Assembly (NCBI RefSeq): GCF_017348835.2 | Contig: NZ_CP071375.1 | Reading direction: 5' to 3' (one strand) | Length of the DNA stretch: 64,000 nt | Origin: Escherichia coli | Lineage (GTDB): Bacteria; Pseudomonadota; Gammaproteobacteria; Enterobacterales; Enterobacteriaceae | In this document: positions 32,601-44,164 of the stretch, in pieces | How positions within the stretch are numbered: position 1 is the stretch's first letter | Layout: the number at the start of each line of letters is the position of its first letter | Notes under the pieces: generated by a model | What the model saw: the letters and a program-made list of their open reading frames with translations, nothing else | Database searches by the model: none | Told to the model about the DNA's origin: nothing | Translations under genes and position numbers: made by a program

Positions 32601-32737
32601 TAGGTATCGGCATGGTCGGCGGCCTGATTGTCAGCCAGGTGCTGACGCTGTTCACCACGCCGGTGATTTATCTGCTGTTCGACCGCCTGGCATTGTGGAC
32701 CAAAAGCCGCTTTGCCCGTCATGAAGAGGAGGCGTAA
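29615..32737 (+). CDS. mdtB: RND multidrug efflux transporter MdtB
   Basis: 1040-aa [42 protein letters not shown]..., 12-TM RND architecture. Confidence 0.95.
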   Translation: MQVLPPSSTGGPSRLFIMRPVATTLLMVAILLAGIIGYRALPVSALPEVDYPTIQVVTLYPGASPDVMTSAVTAPLERQFGQMSGLKQMSSQSSGGASVITLQFQLTLPLDVAEQEVQAAINAATNLLPSDLPNPPVYSKVNPADPPIMTLAVTSTAMPMTQVEDMVETRVAQKISQISGVGLVTLSGGQRPAVRVKLNAQAIAALGLTSETVRTAITGANVNSAKGSLDGPSRAVTLSANDQMQSAEEYRQLIIAYQNGAPIRLGDVATVEQGAENSWLGAWANKEQAIVMNVQRQPGANIISTADSIRQMLPQLTESLPKSVKVTVLSDRTTNIRASVDDTQFELMMAIALVVMIIYLFLRNIPATIIPGVAVPLSLIGTFAVMVFLDFSINNLTLMALTIATGFVVDDAIVVIENISRYIEKGEKPLAAALKGAGEIGFTIISLTFSLIAVLIPLLFMGDIVGRLFREFAITLAVAILISAVVSLTLTPMMCARMLSQESLRKQNRFSRASEKMFDRIIAAYGRGLAKVLNHPWLTLSVALSTLLLSVLLWVFIPKGFFPVQDNGIIQGTLQAPQSSSFANMAQRQRQVADVILQDPAVQSLTSFVGVDGTNPSLNSARLQINLKPLDERDDRVQKVIARLQTAVDKVPGVDLFLQPTQDLTIDTQVSRTQYQFTLQATSLDALSTWVPQLMEKLQQLPQLSDVSSDWQDKGLVAYVNVDRDSASRLGISMADVDNALYNAFGQRLISTIYTQANQYRVVLEHNTENTPGLAALDTIRLTSSEGGVVPLSSIAKVEQRFAPLSINHLDQFPVTTISFNVPDNYSLGDAVQAIMDTEKTLNLPVDITTQFQGSTLAFQSALGSTVWLIVAAVVAMYIVLGILYESFIHPITILSTLPTAGVGALLALMIAGSELDVIAIIGIILLIGIVKKNAIMMIDFALAAEREQGMSPRDAIYQACLLRFRPILMTTLAALLGALPLMLSTGVGAELRRPLGIGMVGGLIVSQVLTLFTTPVIYLLFDRLALWTKSRFARHEEEA

Positions 32738-35700
32738 GTGAAGTTTTTTGCCCTCTTCATTTACCGCCCGGTGGCGACGATTTTACTGTCGGTCGCCATT
32801 ACCCTGTGCGGCATACTGGGTTTCCGTATGCTGCCGGTCGCCCCGCTGCCGCAGGTCGATTTTCCGGTGATTATGGTCAGCGCCTCGCTGCCCGGTGCGT
32901 CGCCGGAGACAATGGCGTCTTCCGTTGCCACGCCGCTGGAGCGCTCACTTGGGCGCATTGCCGGGGTCAGTGAAATGACCTCCAGCAGTTCGCTCGGCAG
33001 CACGCGTATTATTTTGCAGTTTGATTTTGACCGGGATATCAACGGTGCGGCGCGTGATGTGCAGGCGGCGATCAACGCCGCACAAAGTCTGCTGCCCAGT
33101 GGGATGCCCAGCCGCCCGACTTATCGCAAAGCGAACCCGTCGGATGCGCCAATTATGATCCTGACGCTAACCTCCGATACTTATTCGCAGGGTGAATTGT
33201 ACGATTTCGCCTCGACGCAGCTGGCTCCGACGATTTCGCAAATCGACGGCGTCGGTGATGTCGATGTCGGCGGCAGCTCGCTGCCCGCCGTGCGCGTCAG
33301 GCTGAACCCGCAGGCGCTGTTTAATCAGGGCGTGTCGCTGGACGACGTACGCGCTGCCATCAGCAATGCCAACGTGCGTAAACCGCAGGGGGCGCTGGAA
33401 GATGGCACTCACCGCTGGCAGATCCAGACCAACGATGAACTGAAAACCGCCGCTGAATATCAGCCGTTGATTATTCATTACAACAACGGCGGCGCGGTTC
33501 GTCTGGGCGATGTGGCGACGGTGACCGACTCAGTGCAGGATGTGCGCAACGCCGGGATGACCAACGCCAAACCGGCTATTTTGCTGATGATCCGCAAGCT
33601 GCCGGAAGCCAATATTATCCAGACGGTTGACAGCATCCGGGCAAAATTACCGGAGTTGCAGGAAACCATTCCGGCGGCGATTGATCTGCAAATTGCTCAG
33701 GATCGCTCCCCCACCATTCGCGCCTCGCTGGAAGAAGTCGAGCAAACGCTGATTATCTCGGTGGCGCTGGTGATTCTGGTGGTGTTTTTATTCCTGCGCT
33801 CGGGTCGCGCCACTATTATTCCCGCCGTTGCGGTGCCGGTTTCGCTGATTGGTACGTTTGCGGCGATGTACCTGTGCGGATTCAGTCTCAATAACCTGTC
33901 GTTAATGGCGCTCACCATCGCCACAGGCTTTGTGGTGGATGACGCCATCGTGGTGCTGGAAAACATTGCCCGTCATCTGGAAGCGGGGATGAAACCACTA
34001 CAGGCCGCGCTACAAGGTACTCGCGAAGTCGGTTTTACGGTGCTGTCGATGAGTCTGTCACTGGTGGCGGTGTTCCTGCCGCTGCTGTTGATGGGCGGAT
34101 TGCCGGGACGACTGTTACGCGAGTTTGCCGTAACGCTTTCTGTCGCCATTGGTATTTCGTTGCTGGTTTCCCTGACGCTAACGCCGATGATGTGTGGCTG
34201 GATGCTGAAAGCCAGCAAGCCGCGCGAGCAAAAGCGACTACGTGGTTTTGGTCGCATGTTGGTAGCCCTGCAACAAGGCTACGGCAAGTCACTGAAATGG
34301 GTGCTCAATCATACCCGTCTGGTGGGCGTGGTGCTGCTTGGCACCATTGCGCTGAATATCTGGCTATATATCTCGATCCCGAAAACCTTCTTCCCGGAGC
34401 AGGACACTGGCGTGTTGATGGGCGGGATTCAGGCGGATCAGAGTATTTCGTTTCAGGCGATGCGCGGTAAGTTGCAGGATTTCATGAAAATTATCCGTGA
34501 CGATCCGGCAGTGGATAATGTCACCGGATTTACCGGCGGTTCGCGAGTGAACAGCGGGATGATGTTTATCACCCTCAAGCCACGCGACGAACGCAGCGAA
34601 ACGGCGCAGCAAATTATCGACCGTCTGCGCGTGAAGCTGGCGAAAGAACCGGGGGCGAATCTGTTCCTGATGGCGGTACAGGATATTCGCGTTGGTGGGC
34701 GTCAGTCGAACGCCAGCTACCAGTACACGTTGTTATCCGACGACCTGGCGGCACTGCGCGAATGGGAGCCGAAAATCCGCAAAAAACTGGCGACGTTGCC
34801 GGAACTGGCGGACGTGAACTCCGATCAGCAGGATAACGGCGCGGAGATGAATCTGGTTTACGACCGCGACACCATGGCACGGCTGGGAATCGACGTACAG
34901 GCCGCCAACAGTCTGTTAAATAACGCCTTCGGTCAGCGGCAAATCTCGACCATTTACCAGCCGATGAACCAGTATAAAGTGGTGATGGAAGTGGATCCGC
35001 GCTATACCCAGGACATCAGCGCGCTGGAAAAAATGTTCGTTATCAATAACGAAGGCAAAGCGATCCCGCTGTCGTATTTCGCTAAATGGCAACCGGCGAA
35101 TGCCCCGCTGTCGGTGAATCATCAGGGATTATCGGCGGCCTCGACCATCTCGTTCAACCTACCGACCGGAAAATCGCTCTCGGACGCCAGTGCGGCGATC
35201 GATCGCGCAATGACCCAGCTTGGTGTGCCTTCGACGGTGCGCGGTAGTTTTGCCGGCACGGCGCAGGTGTTCCAGGAGACGATGAACTCGCAGGTGATCC
35301 TGATTATCGCCGCCATCGCTACGGTGTATATCGTGCTGGGTATCCTTTACGAGAGTTACGTACATCCGCTGACGATTCTCTCCACCCTGCCCTCGGCGGG
35401 CGTTGGAGCGCTGCTGGCGCTGGAGCTGTTCAATGCCCCGTTCAGCCTAATCGCCCTGATAGGGATCATGCTATTAATCGGCATCGTGAAGAAAAACGCC
35501 ATTATGATGGTCGATTTTGCGCTCGAAGCCCAACGGCACGGTAACCTGACGCCGCAGGAAGCTATTTTCCAGGCCTGTCTGCTGCGTTTTCGCCCGATTA
35601 TGATGACTACCCTGGCGGCGCTGTTTGGCACGCTGCCGCTGGTGTTGTCGGGCGGTGACGGCTCGGAGTTGCGCCAACCATTGGGGATCACCATTGTCGG

Positions 35701-35815
35701 CGGTCTGGTAATGAGCCAGCTCCTGACGCTGTATACCACGCCGGTGGTGTATCTCTTTTTCGACCGTCTGCGGCTGCGTTTTTCGCGTAAACCTAAACAA
35801 ACGGTAACCGAGTAA
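32738..35815 (+). CDS. mdtC: RND multidrug efflux transporter MdtC
   Basis: 1025-aa ORF (GTG start) [29 protein letters not shown]... Confidence 0.95.
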   Translation: MKFFALFIYRPVATILLSVAITLCGILGFRMLPVAPLPQVDFPVIMVSASLPGASPETMASSVATPLERSLGRIAGVSEMTSSSSLGSTRIILQFDFDRDINGAARDVQAAINAAQSLLPSGMPSRPTYRKANPSDAPIMILTLTSDTYSQGELYDFASTQLAPTISQIDGVGDVDVGGSSLPAVRVRLNPQALFNQGVSLDDVRAAISNANVRKPQGALEDGTHRWQIQTNDELKTAAEYQPLIIHYNNGGAVRLGDVATVTDSVQDVRNAGMTNAKPAILLMIRKLPEANIIQTVDSIRAKLPELQETIPAAIDLQIAQDRSPTIRASLEEVEQTLIISVALVILVVFLFLRSGRATIIPAVAVPVSLIGTFAAMYLCGFSLNNLSLMALTIATGFVVDDAIVVLENIARHLEAGMKPLQAALQGTREVGFTVLSMSLSLVAVFLPLLLMGGLPGRLLREFAVTLSVAIGISLLVSLTLTPMMCGWMLKASKPREQKRLRGFGRMLVALQQGYGKSLKWVLNHTRLVGVVLLGTIALNIWLYISIPKTFFPEQDTGVLMGGIQADQSISFQAMRGKLQDFMKIIRDDPAVDNVTGFTGGSRVNSGMMFITLKPRDERSETAQQIIDRLRVKLAKEPGANLFLMAVQDIRVGGRQSNASYQYTLLSDDLAALREWEPKIRKKLATLPELADVNSDQQDNGAEMNLVYDRDTMARLGIDVQAANSLLNNAFGQRQISTIYQPMNQYKVVMEVDPRYTQDISALEKMFVINNEGKAIPLSYFAKWQPANAPLSVNHQGLSAASTISFNLPTGKSLSDASAAIDRAMTQLGVPSTVRGSFAGTAQVFQETMNSQVILIIAAIATVYIVLGILYESYVHPLTILSTLPSAGVGALLALELFNAPFSLIALIGIMLLIGIVKKNAIMMVDFALEAQRHGNLTPQEAIFQACLLRFRPIMMTTLAALFGTLPLVLSGGDGSELRQPLGITIVGGLVMSQLLTLYTTPVVYLFFDRLRLRFSRKPKQTVTE

Positions 35816-37231
35816 ATGACAGATCTTCCCGACAGCACCCGCTGGCAATTGTGGATTGTGGCTTTCGGCTTCTTTATGCAGTCGCTGGACACCACCATCG
35901 TAAACACCGCCCTTCCCTCAATGGCGCAAAGCCTCGGGGAAAGTCCGTTGCATATGCACATGGTCATTGTCTCTTATGTACTGACCGTGGCGGTGATGCT
36001 GCCCGCCAGCGGCTGGCTGGCGGACAAAGTCGGCGTGCGCAATATTTTCTTTACCGCCATCATGCTGTTTACTCTCGGTTCACTGTTTTGCGCGCTTTCC
36101 GGCACGCTGAACGAACTGTTGCTGGCACGCGCGTTACAGGGCGTGGGCGGTGCGATGATGGTGCCGGTCGGCAGGTTGACGGTGATGAAAATCGTACCGC
36201 GCGAGCAATATATGGCGGCGATGACCTTTGTCACGTTACCCGGTCAGGTCGGTCCGCTGCTCGGTCCGGCGCTTGGCGGTCTGCTGGTGGAGTACGCGTC
36301 GTGGCACTGGATCTTTTTGATCAACATTCCGGTGGGAATTATTGGTGCGATCGCCACATTGATGTTAATGCCGAACTATACCATGCAGACGCGGCGCTTT
36401 GATCTCTCCGGCTTTCTGTTGCTGGCGGTTGGCATGGCGGTATTAACCCTGGCGCTGGACGGCAGTAAAGGTACAGGTTTATCGCCGCTGGCGATTGCTG
36501 GCCTGGTCGCAGTTGGCGTGGTGGCACTGGTGCTTTATCTGCTGCACGCCAGAAATAACAACCGTGCCCTGTTCAGTCTGAAACTGTTCCGTACTCGTAC
36601 CTTTTCGCTGGGCCTGGCGGGGAGCTTTGCCGGACGTATTGGCAGTGGCATGTTGCCCTTTATGACACCGGTTTTCTTACAGATTGGCCTCGGTTTCTCA
36701 CCGTTTCATGCCGGACTGATGATGATCCCGATGGTGCTTGGCAGCATGGGAATGAAGCGAATTGTAGTTCAGGTGGTGAATCGCTTTGGTTATCGTCGGG
36801 TACTGGTAGCGACCACGCTGGGTCTGTCGCTGGTCACCCTACTGTTTATGACTACCGCTCTGCTGGGCTGGTACTATGTTTTGCCGTTCGTCCTGTTTTT
36901 ACAAGGAATGGTCAACTCGACGCGTTTCTCCTCTATGAACACCCTGACGCTGAAAGATCTCCCGGACAATCTGGCGAGCAGCGGCAACAGTCTGCTGTCG
37001 ATGATTATGCAATTGTCGATGAGTATCGGCGTCACCATCGCCGGGCTGTTGCTGGGACTTTTTGGTTCGCAGCATGTCAGCGTCGACAGCGGCACCACAC
37101 AAACCGTCTTTATGTACACCTGGCTTAGCATGGCGTTTATCATCGCCCTTCCGGCGTTCATCTTTGCCAGAGTGCCGAACGATACGCATCAAAATGTAGC
37201 TATTTCGCGGCGAAAAAGGAGCGCGCAATGA
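35816..37231 (+). CDS. mdtD: MFS transporter MdtD
   Basis: 471-aa [43 protein letters not shown]... Confidence 0.93.
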   Translation: MTDLPDSTRWQLWIVAFGFFMQSLDTTIVNTALPSMAQSLGESPLHMHMVIVSYVLTVAVMLPASGWLADKVGVRNIFFTAIMLFTLGSLFCALSGTLNELLLARALQGVGGAMMVPVGRLTVMKIVPREQYMAAMTFVTLPGQVGPLLGPALGGLLVEYASWHWIFLINIPVGIIGAIATLMLMPNYTMQTRRFDLSGFLLLAVGMAVLTLALDGSKGTGLSPLAIAGLVAVGVVALVLYLLHARNNNRALFSLKLFRTRTFSLGLAGSFAGRIGSGMLPFMTPVFLQIGLGFSPFHAGLMMIPMVLGSMGMKRIVVQVVNRFGYRRVLVATTLGLSLVTLLFMTTALLGWYYVLPFVLFLQGMVNSTRFSSMNTLTLKDLPDNLASSGNSLLSMIMQLSMSIGVTIAGLLLGLFGSQHVSVDSGTTQTVFMYTWLSMAFIIALPAFIFARVPNDTHQNVAISRRKRSAQ

Positions 37232-38631
37232 AGTTCTGGCGACCCGGTATTACCGGCAAACTGTTTCTGGCGATTTTCGCCACCTGCATTGTCTTGCTGA
37301 TCAGTATGCACTGGGCGGTGCGTATCAGTTTTGAGCGTGGCTTTATTGATTACATCAAGCATGGTAATGAACAGCGATTACAACTGTTAAGTGATGCGCT
37401 TGGCGAGCAGTATGCGCAGCATGGCAACTGGCGCTTCCTGCGCAACAATGATCGCTTTGTCTTTCAGATCCTGCGTTCATTTGAACACGATAATTCGGAA
37501 GATAAACCCGGCCCGGGTATGCCACCACACGGCTGGCGTACTCAGTTCTGGGTGGTTGATCAAAACAACAAGGTGCTGGTTGGTCCGCGAGCGCCGATTC
37601 CACCTGACGGTACACGGCGACCCATTCTGGTCAACGGTGCGGAAGTGGGCGCGGTGATTGCCTCCCCCGTTGAGCGGCTGACCCGCAATACTGATATCAA
37701 TTTCGATAAACAACAGCGGCAAACCAGCTGGCTGATTGTCGCCCTGGCAACGTTACTCGCGGCGCTCGCCACCTTTCTGCTGGCGCGTGGTCTTTTGGCC
37801 CCGGTCAAACGGCTGGTGGACGGCACGCACAAACTGGCGGCGGGCGATTTCACAACCCGCGTGACGCCCACCAGTGAAGATGAACTGGGCAAACTGGCGC
37901 AAGACTTCAACCAGCTTGCCAGCACGCTGGAGAAAAACCAGCAAATGCGGCGCGATTTTATGGCCGATATTTCTCACGAACTGCGTACGCCATTAGCGGT
38001 GCTGCGCGGTGAACTAGAAGCTATTCAGGATGGCGTGCGCAAATTCACGCCGGAGACGGTGGCGTCTTTACAGGCGGAGGTCGGTACACTGACCAAACTG
38101 GTTGACGATCTTCATCAGTTGTCGATGTCTGATGAAGGCGCTCTCGCCTATCAAAAAGCACCGGTAGATTTGATCCCACTGCTGGAAGTGGCGGGCGGCG
38201 CATTTCGCGAACGATTCGCCAGCCGTGGCCTGAAACTGCAATTTTCCCTGCCAGACAGTATTACCGTATTTGGCGATCGCGACCGTTTAATGCAGTTGTT
38301 CAATAATTTACTGGAAAACAGCCTGCGCTACACTGACAGCGGCGGCAGCCTGAAAATCTCTGCCGAGCAGCACGACAAAACGGTGCGCCTGACCTTTGCC
38401 GACAGTGCGCCAGGTGTCAGTGACGATCAGCTACAAAAATTGTTTGAACGTTTTTATCGCACCGAAGGTTCCCGCAACCGTGCCAGCGGCGGTTCCGGGC
38501 TGGGGTTGGCGATTTGCCTGAACATTGTTGAAGCACATAATGGCCGCATTATTGCTGCCCATTCGCCTTTTGGCGGGGTAAGCATTACAGTAGAGTTACC
38601 GCTGGAACGGGATTTACAGAGAGAAGTATGA
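37228..38631 (+). CDS. baeS: Envelope-stress sensor histidine kinase BaeS
   Basis: 467-aa ORF; HAMP domain, H-box ([10 protein letters not shown]) and HATPase_c motifs. Confidence 0.93.
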
Positions 38632-39350
38632 CCGAGTTACCAATCGACGAAAACACACCGCGTATTTTGATCGTGGAAGATGAACCGAAGCTGGGGCAGT
38701 TGCTCATTGATTATCTGCGTGCTGCGAGCTATGCGCCGACGCTTATCAGCCACGGCGATCAGGTACTGCCGTATGTGCGCCAGACACCACCGGATCTGAT
38801 CCTGTTGGATCTGATGCTCCCTGGCACCGATGGCTTGACGCTGTGCCGGGAAATTCGTCGTTTTTCTGACATTCCTATCGTGATGGTCACGGCAAAAATC
38901 GAAGAGATCGACCGCCTGCTCGGACTGGAGATTGGCGCAGATGATTATATCTGTAAGCCGTACAGCCCACGGGAAGTGGTAGCGCGCGTCAAAACCATTT
39001 TGCGCCGTTGCAAACCGCAGCGTGAGTTGCAGCAACAGGATGCTGAAAGCCCGTTGATTATCGACGAAGGTCGTTTTCAGGCTTCATGGCGCGGTAAAAT
39101 GCTTGACCTGACGCCTGCGGAATTTCGTCTGCTGAAAACGCTCTCTCACGAACCAGGAAAAGTGTTCTCCCGCGAGCAATTGCTCAATCATCTTTATGAC
39201 GACTACCGCGTAGTAACCGACCGCACCATCGACAGCCACATTAAAAACCTGCGCCGCAAGCTGGAATCTCTCGACGCCGAACAGTCATTTATCCGCGCCG
39301 TTTACGGCGTTGGTTACCGCTGGGAAGCCGACGCCTGCCGCATCGTTTAG
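38628..39350 (+). CDS. baeR: OmpR-family response regulator BaeR
   Basis: 240-aa ORF; receiver domain plus winged-helix domain; 4-nt overlap with baeS. Confidence 0.93.
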
Positions 39351-39540
39351 TTTTAGCGACATTACTTTGTTAGCCGGAGATGGCGTTCAGACCAGATCCG
39401 GCAACATTATCCCACGCATGGTCAGCAAACTGACATTATCTCTCCGCCCTGGCAGGCATCAGAAAATCGCTCATACTTTAATCGGTCAACAGCACCTTTA
39501 GATGCTGTTTTCGATAAGCAATTTCAATCAAGGAGTCATT

Positions 39541-39873
39541 ATGGCTGGTTGGTTTGAACTCAGTAAGAGCAGTGATAATCAGTTCCGGTTTGTGCTAAAA
39601 GCGGGCAATGGTGAGACTATCCTCACCAGCGAGCTGTATACCTCAAAAGCCTCTGCGGAAAAGGGCATCGCGTCGGTGCGTAGCAACAGCCCGCAAGAAG
39701 AACGCTATGAGAAAAAAACGGCAAGCAACGGCAAATTCTATTTCAATCTGAAAGCCGCCAATCATCAAATTATCGGCTCCAGCCAGATGTATGCTACCGC
39801 GCAATCTCGTGAAACCGGAATTGCCTCCGTTAAAGCCAATGGCACAAGCCAGACGGTGAAAGACAATACGTAA
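39541..39873 (+). CDS. yegP: UPF0339/DUF1508 tandem-domain protein YegP
   Basis: ORF track 123 aa; ATG at 39541 (RBS aaggag) gives the 110-aa product MAGWFELSKSSDNQFRFVLKAGNGE... with two internal repeats. Confidence 0.85.
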   Translation: MAGWFELSKSSDNQFRFVLKAGNGETILTSELYTSKASAEKGIASVRSNSPQEERYEKKTASNGKFYFNLKAANHQIIGSSQMYATAQSRETGIASVKANGTSQTVKDNT

Positions 39874-40116
39874 TTACGATGCCGGGCGTGGGTTGTTGGC
39901 GTCCGGCTTTATTTCCAAATAACGCTTATTTATTTACCTGCGCCATTAAAATAGTGGACACTGATGAATACTCATTGTGCTTTCTTTGTTTAACATCTCC
40001 ATGCTTATCCTCCTGAACATGTTCATCTGCCAAAATATCTTCTAATACTTTTCGTGACGCTATCCGGTTTATGACATACACTGATGTAAGATTTTTACTT
40101 ACAGGAGAGCATAAAC

Positions 40117-40368
40117 ATGGCCAGAACGATGACGGTTGATCTCGGCGATGAGTTGCGTGAATTTATCGAGTCCTTAATTGAATCCGGCGACTATCGCACC
40201 CAAAGCGAAGTGATCCGTGAGTCACTGCGCTTACTTCGAGAAAAGCAAGCAGAGTCTCGCCTGCAAGCGTTACGTGACATGCTTGCAGAAGGGTTGAGTA
40301 GTGGTGAAGCTCAGCCGTGGGAAAAGGACGCGTTTTTACGGAAGGTGAAAGCAGGGATAAGGAAATAA
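40117..40368 (+). CDS. parD: Type II antitoxin ParD (ribbon-helix-helix, CopG/ParD family)
   Basis: 83-aa ORF MARTMTVDLGDELREFIESLIESGDYRTQSEVIRESLRLLREKQ...; RBS acaggagag upstream. Confidence 0.75.
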   Translation: MARTMTVDLGDELREFIESLIESGDYRTQSEVIRESLRLLREKQAESRLQALRDMLAEGLSSGEAQPWEKDAFLRKVKAGIRK

Positions 40369-40369
40369 T

Positions 40370-40666
40370 GTGCGTATTATTAAACTCATGCCAAAAGCCA
40401 ATGAGGATTTAGAAGGCATCTGGTATTACAGTTATCACCATTTCGGCGAACCACAAGCCGACAGATATGTGGAACATCTTTCAGACGTTCTCCAGATTCT
40501 GAGTAACAATAATATAGGTACGCCCAGACCTGAATTAGGCGAAGGTATTTTTGTTCTTCCTTTTGAACGCCACGTAATTTATTTCCTGCAATCACCAGGG
40601 GAAATTATCGTCATTCGTACCCTTAACCAAAACCAGGACGCCACCAGACATTTACACTGGAGCTAA
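40370..40666 (+). CDS. parE: Type II toxin ParE (RelE/ParE superfamily)
   Basis: 98-aa ORF (GTG start one nt after the parD stop) …GTPRPELGEGIFVLPFERHVIYFLQSPGEIIVIRTLNQNQD…, typical ParE C-terminal block. Confidence 0.75.
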   Translation: MRIIKLMPKANEDLEGIWYYSYHHFGEPQADRYVEHLSDVLQILSNNNIGTPRPELGEGIFVLPFERHVIYFLQSPGEIIVIRTLNQNQDATRHLHWS

Positions 40667-40768
40667 ACCCGCCGATTGCGCTACAATGCCCGCCCTTAAA
40701 GTGGGGGCACTCCCCTAACCGCTTCATCAGGTGAAGCGGATCTGACCTGTCATCAGAACGAGAGAATT

Positions 40769-42130
40769 ATGTTTAAACCGGAACTCCTTTCCCCGGCGGG
40801 AACGCTGAAAAATATGCGTTACGCTTTCGCTTATGGCGCAGATGCTGTTTATGCGGGCCAGCCGCGTTACTCCCTGCGTGTGCGCAACAACGAATTCAAC
40901 CACGAAAACCTTCAGCTCGGCATCAATGAAGCCCACGCGCTGGGGAAAAAGTTTTATGTCGTGGTCAACATTGCACCGCACAACGCCAAGCTGAAAACCT
41001 TTATCCGTGACCTGAAACCGGTGGTGGAAATGGGGCCGGATGCGCTGATTATGTCCGATCCAGGGCTGATTATGCTGGTGCGTGAGCACTTCCCTGAAAT
41101 GCCGATCCACCTCTCGGTGCAGGCTAACGCCGTAAACTGGGCGACGGTGAAATTCTGGCAGCAAATGGGCCTGACCCGCGTGATCCTCTCTCGCGAGCTG
41201 TCGCTGGAAGAGATTGAAGAGATCCGTAATCAGGTGCCGGATATGGAGATCGAGATCTTCGTTCACGGCGCACTGTGCATGGCCTACTCCGGTCGCTGCC
41301 TGCTCTCTGGCTATATCAACAAGCGCGACCCGAACCAGGGTACCTGCACCAACGCCTGCCGCTGGGAGTACAACGTCCAGGAAGGGAAAGAAGATGAAGT
41401 TGGCAACATCGTACACAAGTACGAGCCGATTCCGGTGCAAAATGTTGAGCCGACGCTGGGTATCGGCGCGCCAACCGACAAAGTGTTTATGATCGAAGAG
41501 GCCCAGCGTCCGGGCGAGTATATGACCGCGTTTGAAGATGAGCACGGCACTTACATCATGAACTCGAAAGATCTGCGCGCCATCGCCCATGTAGAACGCC
41601 TTACCAAAATGGGCGTGCATTCGCTGAAAATCGAAGGTCGTACCAAATCTTTCTACTATTGCGCACGCACCGCACAGGTTTACCGCAAAGCTATCGATGA
41701 TGCCGCTGCGGGCAAACCGTTTGACACCAGCCTGCTGGAAACCCTGGAAGGTCTGGCGCATCGTGGCTATACCGAAGGTTTCCTGCGTCGTCATACTCAC
41801 GACGATTATCAGAACTACGAATACGGTTATTCAGTTTCTGACCGCCAGCAGTTTGTAGGTGAGTTTACCGGTGAGCGCAAGGGGGACCTCGCGGCGGTAG
41901 CGGTGAAAAATAAATTCTCCGTTGGCGACAGCCTTGAGCTGATGACGCCGCAAGGCAACATTAACTTTACCCTTGAGCACATGGAAAACGCCAAAGGTGA
42001 AGCGATGCCGGTCGCACCAGGCGATGGTTATACTGTGTGGCTCCCGGTCCCGCAGGATCTTGAGCTCAATTACGCTCTGCTGATGCGTAATTTCTCCGGG
42101 GAAACCACGCGTAACCCACACGGTAAGTGA
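40769..42130 (+). CDS. yegQ: Peptidase U32-family protein YegQ (TrhP, implicated in tRNA 5-hydroxyuridine synthesis)
   Basis: 453-aa ORF MFKPELLSPAGTLKNMRYAFAYGADAVYAGQPRYSLR... Confidence 0.9.
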   Translation: MFKPELLSPAGTLKNMRYAFAYGADAVYAGQPRYSLRVRNNEFNHENLQLGINEAHALGKKFYVVVNIAPHNAKLKTFIRDLKPVVEMGPDALIMSDPGLIMLVREHFPEMPIHLSVQANAVNWATVKFWQQMGLTRVILSRELSLEEIEEIRNQVPDMEIEIFVHGALCMAYSGRCLLSGYINKRDPNQGTCTNACRWEYNVQEGKEDEVGNIVHKYEPIPVQNVEPTLGIGAPTDKVFMIEEAQRPGEYMTAFEDEHGTYIMNSKDLRAIAHVERLTKMGVHSLKIEGRTKSFYYCARTAQVYRKAIDDAAAGKPFDTSLLETLEGLAHRGYTEGFLRRHTHDDYQNYEYGYSVSDRQQFVGEFTGERKGDLAAVAVKNKFSVGDSLELMTPQGNINFTLEHMENAKGEAMPVAPGDGYTVWLPVPQDLELNYALLMRNFSGETTRNPHGK

Positions 42131-42214
42131 TTAATTTCGATTATTTTTCCCGGATGGAAAATTCTTAGAAACCGATCACATACAGCTGCATTTATTAAGG
42201 TTATCATCCGTTTC

Positions 42215-42301
42215 GCTGAAAAACATAACCCATAAAATGCTAGCTGTACCAGGAACCACCTCCTTAGCCTGTGTAATCTCCCTTACACGGGCTTATTTTT
42301 T
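42215..42301 (+). ncRNA. cyaR: CyaR (RyeE) Hfq-dependent sRNA
   Basis: gctgaaaaacataacccataaaatgctagctgtaccaggaaccacctccttagcctgtgtaatctcccttacacgggcttatttttt matches my memory of CyaR, including the terminal hairpin and U-tract. Confidence 0.85.
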
Positions 42302-42459
42302 ATGCATAAGCCCTATCCCTGGTCACCGTCTTCCATTGACCACATCGATAGAATCTCCCTTCATAGCACGATGCCTTTCACGTAACGGCATCGTGCTCGC
42401 ACAGGTTCCGGCTAAGCACAACCAGAACGCGCATGTTTGACGCTTACCAAAAAATATTC

Positions 42460-42777
42460 TCACTCTCCACATTTGAATGTCAGACGAGCGACGCCATGTA
42501 ATCCTGCACCTTCTGTCTTCAGGTCAACTATCTGCATTTTTTTGCCCTGAGTAACACAGAAATGGGCTGCATCATTTTTTACTATATTTTCTGCACCAGA
42601 TATTCTACCCCTGGCTAAAGAAGCTTCGGCTTCGGTGTAGTATTGGTTATCGAGTTTACGCTGAATATTACTTTTATATGCAAGACCAAATTTACCGATA
42701 CTTGTCTCATCATTATGCACAGCACAACCAGACATAAGAAAAATACTAAATAATGATATAGCAACTATCTTTTTCAT
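42460..42777 (-). CDS. yegR: Small lipoprotein YegR
   Basis: 105-aa ORF MKKIVAISLFSIFLMSGCAVHNDE… with lipobox LMSGC. Confidence 0.8.
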   Translation of the reverse strand: MKKIVAISLFSIFLMSGCAVHNDETSIGKFGLAYKSNIQRKLDNQYYTEAEASLARGRISGAENIVKNDAAHFCVTQGKKMQIVDLKTEGAGLHGVARLTFKCGE

Positions 42778-43183
42778 CTCACCTTCCCCCCATTAAATAC
42801 CAACGACACGCCCTGGTGTTTAAATATAATAATGGCATGATTATTATAATTGAATAGGATTATAATAAATGTTCTGTACAACATTTCCTACATAAGTAGG
42901 AATTACGGACATGGAGGCCCTTCCGGGTAACTCTATGGGGGCTTTAATATATTATATTGAAGATGCCACTGTTTAGTTGAATATTAGGTATATGCTCTTT
43001 TTTGAAATTTATCGGTGGCTGCCGTTAGTATTCGCTGTCCCCATTGCAAGCTCCTGGTGGTAACCACTGAATCCTCCATACTTGAACTGACTATTTATCC
43101 TCCGACTTTCATCCTGTTCTGACTCCACCTTTTCTTTTCTGCTCTACACTATCTACAGACCAATCATAAAGGCACATACGATC

Positions 43184-44083
43184 ATGGCAGAATTTCCCGC
43201 CAGCTTACTGATTCTTAATGGCAAAAGTACTGACAATCTACCCTTGCGCGAAGCAATTATGCTGTTGCGTGAGGAAGGAATGACGATCCATGTGCGGGTC
43301 ACCTGGGAGAAAGGCGATGCCGCACGATATGTAGAGGAGGCCCGGAAGTTGGGCGTCGCAACGGTGATTGCCGGTGGTGGCGATGGCACCATTAATGAAG
43401 TTTCTACGGCGTTGATTCAGTGTGAGGGGGATGACATACCCGCGCTGGGAATTTTGCCATTAGGAACCGCCAATGATTTTGCCACCAGTGTAGGGATTCC
43501 TGAGGCACTGGATAAGGCGCTGAAACTGGCAATTGCCGGTAACGCCATTGCGATAGATATGGCGCAGGTCAACAAACAAACCTGTTTTATTAATATGGCG
43601 ACAGGCGGATTTGGGACGCGTATTACCACAGAAACGCCGGAAAAATTAAAAGCCGCGCTGGGTGGCGTCTCTTATATCATTCATGGCTTAATGCGCATGG
43701 ATACTCTGCAACCGGACCGTTGTGAAATCCACGGTGAAAACTTTCACTGGCAAGGTGACGCCCTGGTCATTGGTATTGGTAACGGGCGTCAGGCCGGTGG
43801 CGGTCAACAATTGTGCCCGAACGCGTTAATTAACGATGGCTTGCTGCAACTGCGCATTTTTACCGGCGATGAAATTCTTCCGGCTCTCGTATCAACCTTA
43901 AAATCTGACGAAGATAACCCGAATATTATCGAAGGCGCTTCGTCGTGGTTTGATATACAAGCCCCACACGAAATCACTTTTAATCTTGATGGCGAACCGT
44001 TGAGTGGGCAAAACTTCCATATTGAAATACTTCCGGCGGCGTTGCGTTGTCGATTACCACCAGATTGTCCATTATTGCGTTAA
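43184..44083 (+). CDS. yegS: Lipid kinase YegS (DAGK_cat family)
   Basis: 299-aa [49 protein letters not shown]...GGDGT…. Confidence 0.9.
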   Translation: MAEFPASLLILNGKSTDNLPLREAIMLLREEGMTIHVRVTWEKGDAARYVEEARKLGVATVIAGGGDGTINEVSTALIQCEGDDIPALGILPLGTANDFATSVGIPEALDKALKLAIAGNAIAIDMAQVNKQTCFINMATGGFGTRITTETPEKLKAALGGVSYIIHGLMRMDTLQPDRCEIHGENFHWQGDALVIGIGNGRQAGGGQQLCPNALINDGLLQLRIFTGDEILPALVSTLKSDEDNPNIIEGASSWFDIQAPHEITFNLDGEPLSGQNFHIEILPAALRCRLPPDCPLLR

Positions 44084-44120
44084 TCAAACTATTCTCTCTT
44101 GAACCAGGGAGAATCCGTAA

Positions 44121-44152
44121 TGCCGGATGCGGTGTAAACACCTTATCCGGCA
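44121..44152. repeat. REP element between yegS and gatR
   Basis: tgccggatgcggtgtaaacaccttatccggcatac. Confidence 0.65.
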
Positions 44153-44164
44153 TACAGAACAATA

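Noticed and set aside
39351-39540. 63-aa plus-strand ORF (39310..39501) and a hairpin (acagcacctttagatgctgt) just upstream of yegP
   Set aside because: The ORF overlaps the baeR 3' end out of frame and has no ribosome-binding site. The hairpin may be the baeR terminator or a yegP leader structure; I cannot decide which from sequence alone, so it is not reported as a feature.
40727-41800. 357-aa minus-strand ORF
   Set aside because: It lies entirely antisense within yegQ, whose plus-strand product is well conserved; this is a shadow ORF of a GC-rich coding region.
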